Shown here: piece by piece, positions 25,960-35,497 of the stretch
Layout of the letters: every line of letters begins with the position of its first letter
Numbering within the stretch: position 1 is the stretch's first letter
Source: a virus
Lineage: Duplodnaviria; Caudoviricetes
DNA length: 57,555 nt
Reading direction: 5' to 3' (one strand)
IMG/VR virus record: IMGVR_UViG_3300044251_000011
Coordinates: 1 to 57,555 of that record
The notes under the pieces: model-generated
Database searches by the model: none
Told to the model about the DNA's origin: nothing
Seen by the model: only the letters and a program-made list of their open reading frames with translations
Position numbers and translations under genes: made by a program

Positions 25960-26479
25960 GCCGAGGCCCGGCCATCGTCTCGAACTCGTTGACGATGCGC
26001 TTAGGGGTCTGGCGCTTCTTGCCGGGCTGGGTCAGCGCCTCGTTGTCCAGGAGCGCCAGGAACTTCTCCAGCGGGTCCTTCTCCAGCGCCTCGGCCACGA
26101 TCGAGTAGATGGCGTCCAGCGCCGCGCCGAGCGGTTGCTGGTCCCACCGGAACCCACGCTGGGCCAGCCGCCCGTTGATCACCGGCCACTGGCTCTCGGC
26201 CGTGTAGGCCAGGATCACGGACGCGTGGAACGAGCGCCCGGCGGCCTCCTCGACCGCATCACGGCACGTCTCCACCAGCGAGGCCCCGTCCACCTCCCCG
26301 GCCAGGAGGCGTTCGTCCAGGTCGCTTGACGTTACAAGGTCAAGCACCATCGACGTGTCGGCCGCGCTCAACACCGGCCACCAGTCCACAGCCGGAAGGG
26401 CCGGGATCTCGTAGACCCGGCCCCCCAGCTCCAGCTCGATGGCCCAGCACCGCATCGACGCGAGCGGGTCAACCTCCAC
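25805..26479 (-). CDS. Tail assembly chaperone-like protein
   Basis: Position just before tape measure; low-complexity basic C-terminus. Confidence 0.55.
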   Translation of the reverse strand: MEVDPLASMRCWAIELELGGRVYEIPALPAVDWWPVLSAADTSMVLDLVTSSDLDERLLAGEVDGASLVETCRDAVEEAAGRSFHASVILAYTAESQWPVINGRLAQRGFRWDQQPLGAALDAIYSIVAEALEKDPLEKFLALLDNEALTQPGKKRQTPKRIVNEFETMAGPRPTGGVKSTGGPSGSGRPKTQPRLQPPRQPARSGAPRRPRGPRAGSDPAASS

Positions 26480-26600
26480 CGGTGCTCACCTTCTCCTGGT
26501 GACGCTTCTCGCGCCGGATCTTCTCGGCCAGCGCCAGCCGGGCCTTGCGGAATCGCCGGGACAGCGCGCGGTCCTGAGTGCGGCGGCCCCGGCTGTTCAC
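26469..26600 (-). CDS. Small basic hypothetical protein (43 aa)
   Basis: GTGA coupling to upstream gene; fills operon gap. Confidence 0.45.
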   Translation of the reverse strand: MNSRGRRTQDRALSRRFRKARLALAEKIRREKRHQEKVSTGGG

Positions 26601-27115
26601 TCGCGGGTCCACTCCAGGAGCCGGTCCACCGTGGCGGCCGGGGCCGCGCCGTCCCACTTGGGCGCGTGCTCTAGTTCGATCACCCCGGCGAAGTCGCCCC
26701 AGTGCGCCAGCTTGTAGTGATACGTGATCGTGCCCGTGGGGAGGTTGATCCCCACGATGAAATAGCCGCCCTCGAACATCGGGCTGTCCTCGGGGTGGTG
26801 CGCCTTGCTCCGCCAGGCGTCCAGGCTCAGCGCCTTGCACAGCCCGGCGGTCAGCGCGCGCCGGTGGTCGTACAGCTCCCCGAACGTGTGGTACCCGTCC
26901 GTGATCTCGTCCGAGCCCCCGGGCAGCGCCCGGAGGGTCTGGCCCAGGAGAGCGCGGATCGTGCCGGTCTCGTGGCCCGAGGCCACCCGGAGGTTCAGCG
27001 GCTCGATCGACGTGGCGACCACGAACGCGTACGGCATCCCGTGAGCGAACGTCTCCAGGACCCGGCCCTCCGCGTCGTCCGGGTCGGCCTGGGTCTCGGT
27101 GTAGTCGGCGGTCAT
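26597..27115 (-). CDS. WDGH-type domain protein
   Basis: DGYHTFGELYDHR, WRSKAH, MFEGGYFIVGI..PTGTITYHY, APKWDG. Confidence 0.7.
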   Translation of the reverse strand: MTADYTETQADPDDAEGRVLETFAHGMPYAFVVATSIEPLNLRVASGHETGTIRALLGQTLRALPGGSDEITDGYHTFGELYDHRRALTAGLCKALSLDAWRSKAHHPEDSPMFEGGYFIVGINLPTGTITYHYKLAHWGDFAGVIELEHAPKWDGAAPAATVDRLLEWTRE

Positions 27116-27465
27116 CCTCGCTCCGCCTCGAACAGCGGGGGGTTGACCACGGTCTTGGGCCGGGGCACCGAACCGGCGCGCCCCTGCTCGGACCGGATGC
27201 CCGCGCGGACGGCCCAGTCCTTGGCGTCCACGAGGCGGGTCAGCGCGTGGGTCAGGTCGGCGCTGTCCTTGATCGTGGTCACCAGCTCCACGGCGGTCTG
27301 GTAGATCGGCCGCGAGTAGTTCTGGAGGTTCGTGGGGAGGTGGGAAAAGGCGAGCCACTGAAGCGCGTCCTTCACGGCCGGGTGGCGGCCCTCACCGATG
27401 CTCGCCGCGTGCTCCGGCGTACCCAGCACGGTGGCCGGGTCCGGGGTGCGTCCGACCGGCATCAT
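27112..27465 (-). CDS. Small helical-hairpin phage protein
   Basis: FSHLPTNLQNYSRP..ALTRLVDAKDWAVRA. Confidence 0.7.
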   Translation of the reverse strand: MMPVGRTPDPATVLGTPEHAASIGEGRHPAVKDALQWLAFSHLPTNLQNYSRPIYQTAVELVTTIKDSADLTHALTRLVDAKDWAVRAGIRSEQGRAGSVPRPKTVVNPPLFEAERG

Positions 27466-27875
27466 CGGCTGGCCGCCTTCTTGCGCGCGGCCTTCTTGGC
27501 GGGCTTCTGGGCGGCGCGGCGAGCCTCGCGGTTGTCGCCCTCCGCGAACGCCTCCACCGTGAGCTGGATGATCTGGGCCGTGTCGATCAGGCCCAGGTTG
27601 CCGTCCAACATCTGGTCGTCCAGCCAGTCCTTGTCCACCTCGTGGACCAACACACTGTCGATGATCTTGCGAGTGCGCTCCAGGGCGTCCATCACCTGGC
27701 TACCGTTCCAGCCGTCCACGTCGGCGCTCTGAAGCTTGGAAACGGTGCGCTTCCAGACCAGGAGCTGTTCGGGGCTCGGCACGCGGACCCAGATGGCCCG
27801 CTCCTTGAACGTGATCTCGCGCTCGGCCTCGGCCGGAACGTCGGCGGCCGGTACGGCCGTTTCCTCAGTCGTCAT
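27462..27875 (-). CDS. Tail assembly chaperone
   Basis: NREARRAAQKPAKKAARKK tail and position; late promoter motif at 27882-27905. Confidence 0.65.
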   Translation of the reverse strand: MTTEETAVPAADVPAEAEREITFKERAIWVRVPSPEQLLVWKRTVSKLQSADVDGWNGSQVMDALERTRKIIDSVLVHEVDKDWLDDQMLDGNLGLIDTAQIIQLTVEAFAEGDNREARRAAQKPAKKAARKKAASR

Positions 27876-27905
27876 GTGCCCACCGTATCAGGATGAGGGG
27901 GCATC

Positions 27906-28319
27906 TCAGCCGATGACTACCGCGAACCCTTCCTGGGCGGCCACCTCGCGCAGCGCCGTGGAGAGGAACGGCCGACCGGCCCGCACTGGCTGGTGCACCT
28001 GGCGCGCGTAGACCACGCGGCCGTCCACGACGAACCGTAGGCGGCCGGTGCCCTTGGCCCGGATGGTCAGCGCGCGGCGGCCCTCGTGCACGGCCGCCGC
28101 GTAGTTCGCCGTGTAGCTCACTCCGCCGATGACCAGCGCGCCCCGGTCCTTGCCCAGGTCCATCCGGCCGGACGCCCGGAGGTTGCCGGTGTCCACCGGC
28201 GCGAGGATCTGGCTCCGCGTGAAGGTCCGGCGGATCACCCGGTTGACGGCCTTACGCGCCTCGTCCATCCCCATCCCCTGGAGCTGGGCTCGGTCGAGCC
28301 GGAGCGTATGAGCCGCCAC
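27906..28319 (-). CDS. HK97 gp10-like virion protein
   Basis: APVDTGNLRAS, YAAAVHEG, RPFL..AL. Confidence 0.8.
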   Translation of the reverse strand: MAAHTLRLDRAQLQGMGMDEARKAVNRVIRRTFTRSQILAPVDTGNLRASGRMDLGKDRGALVIGGVSYTANYAAAVHEGRRALTIRAKGTGRLRFVVDGRVVYARQVHQPVRAGRPFLSTALREVAAQEGFAVVIG

Positions 28320-28389
28320 GATGTCCTCCTGATACGTCAGACCCTTGTGATCTTCCTGGCACGCCTGTTAGGTTGGACTGACTGAGGCG

Positions 28390-28425
28390 GAGGCCCCCGG
28401 AGCACCGAGATTGCCCGGGGGCTTC
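28390..28425 (-). terminator. Hairpin
   Basis: GAGGCCCCCGG..CCGGGGGCTTC. Confidence 0.5.
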
Positions 28426-28432
28426 CTGCCGC

Positions 28433-28984
28433 TCAGGATGACTCCGGCCCCGCATCGGCGCAATCACATGCCGGACCCTGAATCGTCACGGTCATGATCC
28501 CGCCCACGCACCCGCCCTGAACGTCCAGCGGGAGCCAGGAGCCCACGAGCACGCGGCCGGAGCGCCGCTGATCGGCCTCGATGAAACAGCACACGGCGCG
28601 CCGGATGGCCGCCGCGTCGTCCATCACGGCCTGGACCACCGCGTCCCACTCCTCGGTGGTCGGGATGGCGTCCGCGTCCGGGGTCGGCGCACAGCGCACC
28701 GCGCCCAGCTCCAGCGTGATGGCCCAGGCCCGGACGCCCCCACCCTTCAGCGGCTGGGCGTCCTGGGTCGGGAACACGGCCGAGCTGGGGAACACGGTGG
28801 CCGGGCGGACCCAGGCGAGCCCAGAGCAGCACTCGTCCTCGGTCGTGCTCATCAGGTGGGCCACGACGTTCCCGGCCCGCAGGCCCACGTACAGCGGCGG
28901 CTCGGGGACCTTGCCGATCTCCTGCTCCAGGCACTCCAGCATCTCGCGCGCCAGGGGCATCACCAGCGGGTCAGAGATCGGCAT
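28433..28984 (-). CDS. Tail terminator / head-tail joining protein
   Basis: CCSGLAWVR, LELGAVRCAP, QGGCVGG; position. Confidence 0.65.
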   Translation of the reverse strand: MPISDPLVMPLAREMLECLEQEIGKVPEPPLYVGLRAGNVVAHLMSTTEDECCSGLAWVRPATVFPSSAVFPTQDAQPLKGGGVRAWAITLELGAVRCAPTPDADAIPTTEEWDAVVQAVMDDAAAIRRAVCCFIEADQRRSGRVLVGSWLPLDVQGGCVGGIMTVTIQGPACDCADAGPESS

Positions 28985-28985
28985 G

Positions 28986-29801
28986 TCAGCTCCCCGCCGG
29001 GACGACGGTCACGCGGTCGCACGCCTCGGGGAGGTCGAGCGAGAGCACGACGGGCGGACGCTGGCGGCGGCTCGGGTTCAGCGCCTGGATCACGTCGTCC
29101 ACCATCTTGATCCCGGTCGTCCCGGACTCCGGGTCCGGCGAGGCCACCTCGACCTCCACGCCCTGGCGGGACAGCCGGGTCATCTTGGCCGGGAGCGCGC
29201 ACACGCCACCGGTCAGGCTCTTGGCGTACTCACACGCCAGCAGCGCGGCGGCCACCTGGAGCGAGACGGGCAGCGCCAGGCCGATCCCGTACGTGACCTC
29301 GAACGAGCCCTCCTCCCCGGGCGACGCCGTGAAGTTCTGGCACATCGGCCAGCACTCGCCGTCGATGCGCACCAGGAGGTAGTTCCCGCCGGTCACGTCC
29401 ACCCGGTACGCGCTCGGGGGGACCACCTCGTCCCCCACCATCACCTCGTCCACGTGAGCGACCGGGCCGCGCAGCACGATGGCGCACGCCGAGTTGCCGC
29501 AGCACGCCGAGGCGCACCCGCTGTTGAACCAGCGGCCACCGAACAGGAACGGGCCGCCCGGCGTGCCGAGCCCGCCCAGGCCCGGGGCCACCACAAAGTC
29601 CTGGTAGACCAGCTCGGCCCGGTTGGACTGGCTGGGCCGGACGGTCAGCTCACAGACGCCGTACCGGCGGCCGGTCGCGCCCCAGAGGAAGGTGGAAGCC
29701 AGCTCCAGGGCGGCCTCCCGGATCGGTTCGGGACGGTCGGCCCACTCGGCGCACACGCCGAGGGCCACGGGGTCCACGTCCCACTCACACGGTGCGGCCA
29801 T
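28986..29801 (-). CDS. Head-to-tail adaptor
   Basis: LWGATGRRYGVC..VRP, LACE, CALP..TRLSRQGV, VDDVI..NP. Confidence 0.75.
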   Translation of the reverse strand: MAAPCEWDVDPVALGVCAEWADRPEPIREAALELASTFLWGATGRRYGVCELTVRPSQSNRAELVYQDFVVAPGLGGLGTPGGPFLFGGRWFNSGCASACCGNSACAIVLRGPVAHVDEVMVGDEVVPPSAYRVDVTGGNYLLVRIDGECWPMCQNFTASPGEEGSFEVTYGIGLALPVSLQVAAALLACEYAKSLTGGVCALPAKMTRLSRQGVEVEVASPDPESGTTGIKMVDDVIQALNPSRRQRPPVVLSLDLPEACDRVTVVPAGS

Positions 29802-29841
29802 CGGGGCCTCCTGTTCGGTCTAGGGCCAGGGTACGGGACAG

Positions 29842-29878
29842 AACAGGCCCGCCGGTGAACCTCCCCGGCGGGCCTGTT
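29842..29878 (-). terminator. Terminator after major tail gene, abutting operator 29877-29894
   Basis: AACAGGCCCGCCGG / CCGGCGGGCCTGTT. Confidence 0.7.
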
Positions 29879-29890
29879 GACACTCCACTG

Positions 29891-30583
29891 TCAGGAGCTG
29901 AGCGCCTGGCAACCGCACTCGGGCTCCGGCGGCGCGAGCTGAGTCCAGATCGGGAGGTGGTGCGTGTCGCTCGGGATCGCCGTGAACAGCGGAGCCGGGT
30001 CGCCCCCGACCTCCCGAACCACGTCGTACGGGCCGGTGCCCCAGGGGGTGCCCTTCCGCGTACGGCCGACCACCGTGAAGGTGATCAGGTCGTTGGTGAT
30101 CACGATGTCCTCGGACAGCGCGCCCTCCACGACCCACGGCAGGAGGTTGTATCCGAAGAACGGGAAGGTGTCGCCCGGAAGGCACTCCTCCTCCGCGTTC
30201 CCCATCCACGCCTCCAGCGCGAAGTTCGCCGTGGCGAAGTTGGACTCCGTGACCGGGAAGCCGATCACGTTGTCCTGGTCGTCCATGTACGGCAGAAGCC
30301 CCGTGATGATCGTGAACAGCTCGGGGTCCACCTCCTGGAAGACCATCGACACGTCGTACCAGTTCAGGGACGGGGCGGACCGCTGGTTCACGATCGCCTG
30401 GCCCTTGGCGTTGCGCTGGAGGAAGCGCTCGCCTTCCTCGGTGTTGGGGGTCAGGGTGACCGACACGTACCCGTCACTCACGGCGTACGCGCAGTCCCCG
30501 AACTCGGGGTTACCGCATTCGTCCAAACGGGTGACCCGAATGGTCTCCCCCTGGAGCGGCTTGGCACAGAGCAGGTTCGTCAT
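29891..30583 (-). CDS. Major tail protein
   Basis: IRVTRLDECG, FALEAW, YNLLPWV, WGTGPYDV; start MTNLLC at 30583. Confidence 0.85.
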   Translation of the reverse strand: MTNLLCAKPLQGETIRVTRLDECGNPEFGDCAYAVSDGYVSVTLTPNTEEGERFLQRNAKGQAIVNQRSAPSLNWYDVSMVFQEVDPELFTIITGLLPYMDDQDNVIGFPVTESNFATANFALEAWMGNAEEECLPGDTFPFFGYNLLPWVVEGALSEDIVITNDLITFTVVGRTRKGTPWGTGPYDVVREVGGDPAPLFTAIPSDTHHLPIWTQLAPPEPECGCQALSS

Positions 30584-31404
30584 GGTGACGTGACCTCCAG
30601 GGGATCGAACTCCGCCCGACCGGCGAAGCACTCGAAAGCGACCGAGTAGGCGCGCTCGGCAACCATCAGGACCTCGTTCGTGTTCTGGTCGAACGAGTTG
30701 TAAACCTGGATCTCCGGCGCGCGCCAGACCGTGGTCTGGCCCGTGACGATGATCGACCCGGCGGGGTAGGCACCGAACGCCCAGATGGACCCCAGGGGGG
30801 TCACCTTGCGCCCGGTCGGACCGGCGGTCTCGGGGAGGACCAGACCGGCCTCGGCCGCGAACGCGGCCACCTCGATCGGAGCATGGATGTACGCCACGCC
30901 CCCGTAGCCCTGCTCGGTGTAGGCGTAGCGCTCCAGAGCGCCAACCACGTCCGTGATCAGGCCCGGGTCGTAGCCCGGGTCCACGTCCTCGGCCTCGCCG
31001 TTCAGGGTCAGGATCTCCAGCGGGTTGCCCTCGAAGTCGAGACCACCCCAGAGAGCCCGCTCCACGGCGGCCATCTCGGAGCCTTCCAGGCGTCGCCGGA
31101 CCTGGGTCCGGAACTCCTCGTCCGAGTAGCCCACCGACCCACAGAGCAGCGTGGAGAGCACCGCGAACACGCCGGTGGAAACCTCGTCGTTGCCGTTGTC
31201 CAGCGGCTTCTCCGGGGCCTCGCCGGGCGCGTAGCAGGCGACGCCGTACGGGTACGACGTGCCGCACTCCAGCGGCTGGAAGCGGACGCCACCGCCCTCC
31301 CCGTGAGCCGGGAAGTCAAGCGGGCCGCTGGCCGCGTCGAACAGGCCGTACCGGCGGCGGAGCCGTTCGGGGGCCGGGACGATCGGGGCTGGGATCATTG
31401 CCAC
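30580..31404 (-). CDS. Second capsid-type protein (putative pentamer protein)
   Basis: YGLFDAA, VERALW, GALE, TPLG, N...VAERAY; directly follows MCP. Confidence 0.65.
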   Translation of the reverse strand: MAMIPAPIVPAPERLRRRYGLFDAASGPLDFPAHGEGGGVRFQPLECGTSYPYGVACYAPGEAPEKPLDNGNDEVSTGVFAVLSTLLCGSVGYSDEEFRTQVRRRLEGSEMAAVERALWGGLDFEGNPLEILTLNGEAEDVDPGYDPGLITDVVGALERYAYTEQGYGGVAYIHAPIEVAAFAAEAGLVLPETAGPTGRKVTPLGSIWAFGAYPAGSIIVTGQTTVWRAPEIQVYNSFDQNTNEVLMVAERAYSVAFECFAGRAEFDPLEVTSP

Positions 31405-31474
31405 CTGTGATCACCTCCTCGGTGAGGTAGGGGCGTAGCGCCCGGCCGGACGGCCGGGCGCTCACCGGTGATCA

Positions 31475-33193
31475 TTACGGGCAGCAGCCGACGACGCCGG
31501 AGGTGTCGATCGGCACCTGGTACAGGCGCGAGTCGGCGCACATCTTGAGCACCGCGAACCCGTCCTCCGCGAACAGCGCGGTGTACTGGTTCTGGGTCAG
31601 AAGCGCGTTGTCGTAGATCGTGTCCAGGTTCACCACGTCGCGGACCGGCTTGACCCAGGTACCGGCCGGGTAGGCCAGGAACCGGACCGTGGCGGGCCAG
31701 GTCGTGATGGGGGTCTGGGAGCCGGGGCCACCGGCCAGGCCGCTGTACGCGTCCTGCCAGTCGTAGACGAACCGGGGCACGGCGTGCCGGGTGGTGAACG
31801 CGGCCAGGATCTCGGCGTCCGTGACGTTGATCGCCGCCACGCCCTGGCGACGCGCGAGCGCGGCCCGGATCGGAGCGATGACCCACGCGGGGAGGACGAT
31901 CTCGATCGTGGCCGTACGGCCCATCCGGTTGCGGTACTTCATGTCCTCGATCGCCAGCTCCACGCCGGAGAGCAGCGCGCTCGCCGCGTCGTCGCCCGAG
32001 GCGTCGGCCGCGATCGTGACCACCGCGCCGGAACCGGCGACGATGCGCGCGATGACCGACTCGTTGACCTTGTGGGCCAGCGCGACCATCGCACCCTGGG
32101 AGAAGCGGGTGACGGCCTCGGGGTAGCCCCGGCGCTGGAGGAGCGAGCCGGTGATGCAGACGTACGCCACGTCCAGGCGGACCTCGATGAAGTCGGGGCA
32201 CGGGATCTCCACGCACACCTTGTCCGCGCCGTTCTCCACGTCGTACTCGGTCAGGATGACATCGCCGTCATCACCGATCGAGTCATAGATGGTGGAGAAG
32301 TTCGGGCCACCGTTCTCCGGGACCATGAACCCGCCGCGCGTGGCCTGGACCTCCGGGATGTCCAGCATCCCGTCCAGGGTCTCCAGCGCGCACAGGTCGT
32401 AGATCGTCTCGGACGGGGCACACCAGCCGACCGCAGCGGTCAGGCTCGCGCCGCCCTTGACCGAGGCGGTCATGGCGTTGATGAGCGAGCCGCCCTGGAG
32501 ACGGTGCTCGTCGGTCGCGTGGTCGAGCACGGCCAGCGCGCTCTTGTCGTCCGTGATCCGCAGGTCCGCCGGGAACTCCCGGGTGAACGCCACGTTGCCG
32601 TGACGCTGCATGGACCGGCCGCCGATCGAGAACCGGCTGTTGCCGAGGTCCCGGGTCGCCAGCTCACCGGCGGGGCGGCGCGAGGTGCCGGTGGAGTAGG
32701 ACGCCAGCCGACGCTCGATCAGGACACCGGCGTCCGAGAAGGAGGCCAGCTCCCCGCCACGGTTGCCCGGGGCGTCCGCCGAGGCGGTCATGGTGGCGAA
32801 CCGCTCGGGCTCGGCCTCGGGGGCCGGGTCGATGGTGCTCGCCTGGGTGGCCGGGGTCGCCGGGACGGCGGCCGGGACGGGCTCGGAGCCGCCCGGGGCC
32901 GGAACGGTCGGGGCCGGGGTGGGAACCGGAGCCGGGGTGGGCTCGGGCTCGGTCGGCGCGAGGCCAGCGGCCAGCTCGGTCCGCGCGGCCTCAGCCGCAC
33001 TCGCCAGCTCGGTCCGGCGGGTCTGCTCGCCCTCGGTGTTGGTGAACAGTTCGCGGGTCGCCACCAGCAGCTCGGCGGACGCGTTCGCGTCGCTGAGCGT
33101 GGTCTGGGCGAACTCGCGGACCTGGGTCCGGAAGGCCGTGAAATCCGCCGCGCTGAGCGCGGACAGATCGGCCGGGATCTCGAACGGGAACAT
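31475..33193 (-). CDS. Major capsid protein with N-terminal scaffold-like region
   Basis: LTAAVGWCAPSETIYDLC, PEVQATRGG, LQRRGYPE, FVYDWQ, NQYTALF. Confidence 0.9.
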   Translation of the reverse strand: MFPFEIPADLSALSAADFTAFRTQVREFAQTTLSDANASAELLVATRELFTNTEGEQTRRTELASAAEAARTELAAGLAPTEPEPTPAPVPTPAPTVPAPGGSEPVPAAVPATPATQASTIDPAPEAEPERFATMTASADAPGNRGGELASFSDAGVLIERRLASYSTGTSRRPAGELATRDLGNSRFSIGGRSMQRHGNVAFTREFPADLRITDDKSALAVLDHATDEHRLQGGSLINAMTASVKGGASLTAAVGWCAPSETIYDLCALETLDGMLDIPEVQATRGGFMVPENGGPNFSTIYDSIGDDGDVILTEYDVENGADKVCVEIPCPDFIEVRLDVAYVCITGSLLQRRGYPEAVTRFSQGAMVALAHKVNESVIARIVAGSGAVVTIAADASGDDAASALLSGVELAIEDMKYRNRMGRTATIEIVLPAWVIAPIRAALARRQGVAAINVTDAEILAAFTTRHAVPRFVYDWQDAYSGLAGGPGSQTPITTWPATVRFLAYPAGTWVKPVRDVVNLDTIYDNALLTQNQYTALFAEDGFAVLKMCADSRLYQVPIDTSGVVGCCP

Positions 33194-33250
33194 GGTGTCC
33201 GGTTCCTCCAGTCGGTCTCGTCATTGATCGACTTCCGGCCGGGTCGAATC

Positions 33251-33279
33251 CTGACACCGGGATGTCAAGCGCGATCCTA
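33251..33279 (-). promoter_or_regulatory. Capsid-operon -10 box TAGGAT followed by operator TTGAC-N8-GTCAG
   Basis: ATCCTA at 33274-33279; palindrome at 33251-33268. Confidence 0.55.
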
Positions 33280-33348
33280 GCACCGGGGGCGGCCATCTCG
33301 GGCGAGTCGCCCCCTCCCCGGTACGCTGAAACTTCCCCGGCGTAGCTG

Positions 33349-33377
33349 TTGACACTCCACAGTCATGGCTGTAATGT
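33349..33377 (+). promoter_or_regulatory. Promoter/operator TTGACA-N17-TAATGT
   Basis: TTGACACTCCACAGTCATGGCTGTAATGT. Confidence 0.85.
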
Positions 33378-33421
33378 TCTTCCTATCAGCACGGCAGGCC
33401 GAACGGGAAGGACCACCAGAG

Positions 33422-34147
33422 ATGACCACCACGACCCGCGAGCGCAACTACACCCGCAACCCGCACACCGCGACGTTCCTCCAGGTCTTCCACACCGGGG
33501 TCTCCTCGACCACCGGCCGCAACTACCGCGAGGAGATGGCCGTGACCGAGGCCGAGGCGCTGACCCTAGAGGCCAGCCAGGACATGGACCTCCTGGACCT
33601 GGTGCCCGCCGAGCACGTGGCGGACCTCCGCAGCGAGGCCCAGAGCGCGCTCATGGAGCGCCTGATCGCCCAGATCAGCGAGCTGGACGCTGGGCTGGCC
33701 GCCCAGGCCCGCACCTACACGGACGGCATGACCGAGCACGGTCGCTGGACCCCGGGCCGCACCGGCACCGCCAGCCGCTGGATCTCGAACATGATCGACA
33801 AGATCAAGACCCTGAAGGCCAGCGCGCCCCGGACACCGGCGGCTCCGGCCGCCGAGGTGGCGGACGGCCGGTACGCGGTCGAGCACGAGGGGACGCTGAA
33901 GTTCTTCCGGGTCAAGAACGGCCGCCGCGCCGGGATGGTCTTCCTGGACGTTCAGGCGAGCGATGACTGGCACGCGATCCGCAACGTCCCCCGCATCCGG
34001 GAGATCGTCGCCCTGATCGCCCAGGACGCCCACGGCGCGCTGGTCCGCTACGGCCGCGAGCTGGGCGAGTGCGGCCGGTGCGGGAAGGCCCTCACCGACG
34101 AGGCCAGCCGGGCCGCCGGTATCGGGCCAATCTGTATCAACAAGTGA
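33422..34147 (+). CDS. Protein with C-terminal DUF6011-like zinc finger
   Basis: CGRCGKALTDEASRAAGIGPIC; DGRYAV..LKFFRV. Confidence 0.8.
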   Translation: MTTTTRERNYTRNPHTATFLQVFHTGVSSTTGRNYREEMAVTEAEALTLEASQDMDLLDLVPAEHVADLRSEAQSALMERLIAQISELDAGLAAQARTYTDGMTEHGRWTPGRTGTASRWISNMIDKIKTLKASAPRTPAAPAAEVADGRYAVEHEGTLKFFRVKNGRRAGMVFLDVQASDDWHAIRNVPRIREIVALIAQDAHGALVRYGRELGECGRCGKALTDEASRAAGIGPICINK

Positions 34148-34199
34148 CGAACCGGGCGGGGGCCGCGAGGTCCCCGCCCCGACCCGGGGAGGGGTTGAG

Positions 34200-34439
34200 A
34201 TGGGACGGGCATACGAGAAGGGCATCCGGGCCGCCCAGGACGTGGCGGCCTCGGTCGGAGCACGGCCCGAGCGGACCGAGCCCCGGTCCCGCGAGGAGAT
34301 CGAATCGTTCGTGAAGGGGTTCAACCTGAGCGCGGCGGCTGTCCGCCGGATCGTGGACGAGTGGGCCGCTGACAGCCAGCGCGCCCGGGACGCCGGATGG
34401 GAGTCGCACGCCGATTCCGTCTGGTACGACGAGGGATAG
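34200..34439 (+). CDS. Hypothetical protein
   Basis: GGAGGGG RBS; operon. Confidence 0.6.
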   Translation: MGRAYEKGIRAAQDVAASVGARPERTEPRSREEIESFVKGFNLSAAAVRRIVDEWAADSQRARDAGWESHADSVWYDEG

Positions 34440-34448
34440 GAGAGGTTC

Positions 34449-34751
34449 GTGGAGGTACTGGAGATTCGACCGGCGCGCGTCAAGGCGGCGCTGGTCGCCA
34501 CCGGGGACATGCTGGTCAGCTCGCCCATCGGGACGGACGGGCCGCGCGAGCCGCGCTGGCTCGGCGCGGTCACCGAGCACATCATCGTGACCGAGCGCCA
34601 GGTGGACGGGGTGACCATCATGGTCCCCGAGGCCGAGGCGTCCGAGTGGCGACAGTGGCGGATCGCCCTGGTGAACGGCCAGCCGACCGAGACGGCCGTG
34701 ATCCCGGCGGACGGATGGGTCTGGGTCCACCTCCCCATCGTGGCGAACTGA
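34449..34751 (+). CDS. Hypothetical protein
   Basis: GGAGAGG RBS; operon. Confidence 0.6.
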   Translation: MEVLEIRPARVKAALVATGDMLVSSPIGTDGPREPRWLGAVTEHIIVTERQVDGVTIMVPEAEASEWRQWRIALVNGQPTETAVIPADGWVWVHLPIVAN

Positions 34752-34898
34752 TGAGCGGGCCGAGCACGGAGTGGCCGCACCCCGGGCCGCCTCCTCCGCC
34801 CCCGGACGAGGACTGACCCAGCGAGGCGGGCCGAGCACCTGGCGGCCCGCCTCTCCTGGTGGTAACCTTGCAGTCAGGACAGCAAAGTGGAGGCAGTC

Positions 34899-35417
34899 AT
34901 GGACGTACAGGTGGGCGCGACCATCACGAACGGATCGAGCTGTATCCGGGTGACGGCCCGAGTGGAGAAGGACCCGGACTGGCACGCGCCGGGCTGGCGT
35001 GGGGTGAACATCTCACTGGAGGCGTTCGGGGGCAACCGGGGCATGTCCTCGTTCGTCCCGGATCACATGCTCTCCGGCTGGTACCACCTCCCGTTCGACT
35101 GGCGGCCGTGCGTGGGCGGCCAGGTGGAGGAGCGCTACGTCTGGTCCCCCGATTGGCAGTGGCTCCAGCGCGAGGTCCGCAAGATCGAGGGCGTCCAGCC
35201 GACTGTGGACGGTATCCGGGGCCACCGGGTCACCACGGCGGCGGAGGACGAACTCCGGCGCACGCTGGCGCTCCAGGGCACCATCAGCCCGGGGGCCGTG
35301 CTGGCGCTCCTGACCGAGGAGGACTGCCGTCCCGAGCACGGCGTGGGACACCCGGACTGCCCGAAGTGCTGGCGCTACTCGGACCGCAACCCGAACCGGG
35401 TAGCCCGCCCTAGTTGA
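34899..35417 (+). CDS. Hypothetical protein
   Basis: GGAGG RBS; stop codon is the TGA inside the next TTGACA box. Confidence 0.6.
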   Translation: MDVQVGATITNGSSCIRVTARVEKDPDWHAPGWRGVNISLEAFGGNRGMSSFVPDHMLSGWYHLPFDWRPCVGGQVEERYVWSPDWQWLQREVRKIEGVQPTVDGIRGHRVTTAAEDELRRTLALQGTISPGAVLALLTEEDCRPEHGVGHPDCPKCWRYSDRNPNRVARPS

Positions 35418-35442
35418 CACTTCACAGTCAAGCCTGTAATGT
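35414..35442 (+). promoter_or_regulatory. Promoter/operator TTGACACTTCACAGTCAAGCCTGTAATGT
   Basis: Identical to the 8769-8797 copy. Confidence 0.85.
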
Positions 35443-35497
35443 TCTCTCTGTGGCCGGGAGCGGCCCGGTTGAAAACTCCAGAGAGGCAACATCAGAC

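Noticed and set aside
25805-27875. Programmed -1 frameshift joining tail assembly chaperones
   Set aside because: The two candidate genes are separated by three other ORFs and I saw no slippery heptamer at the end of 27462..27875.
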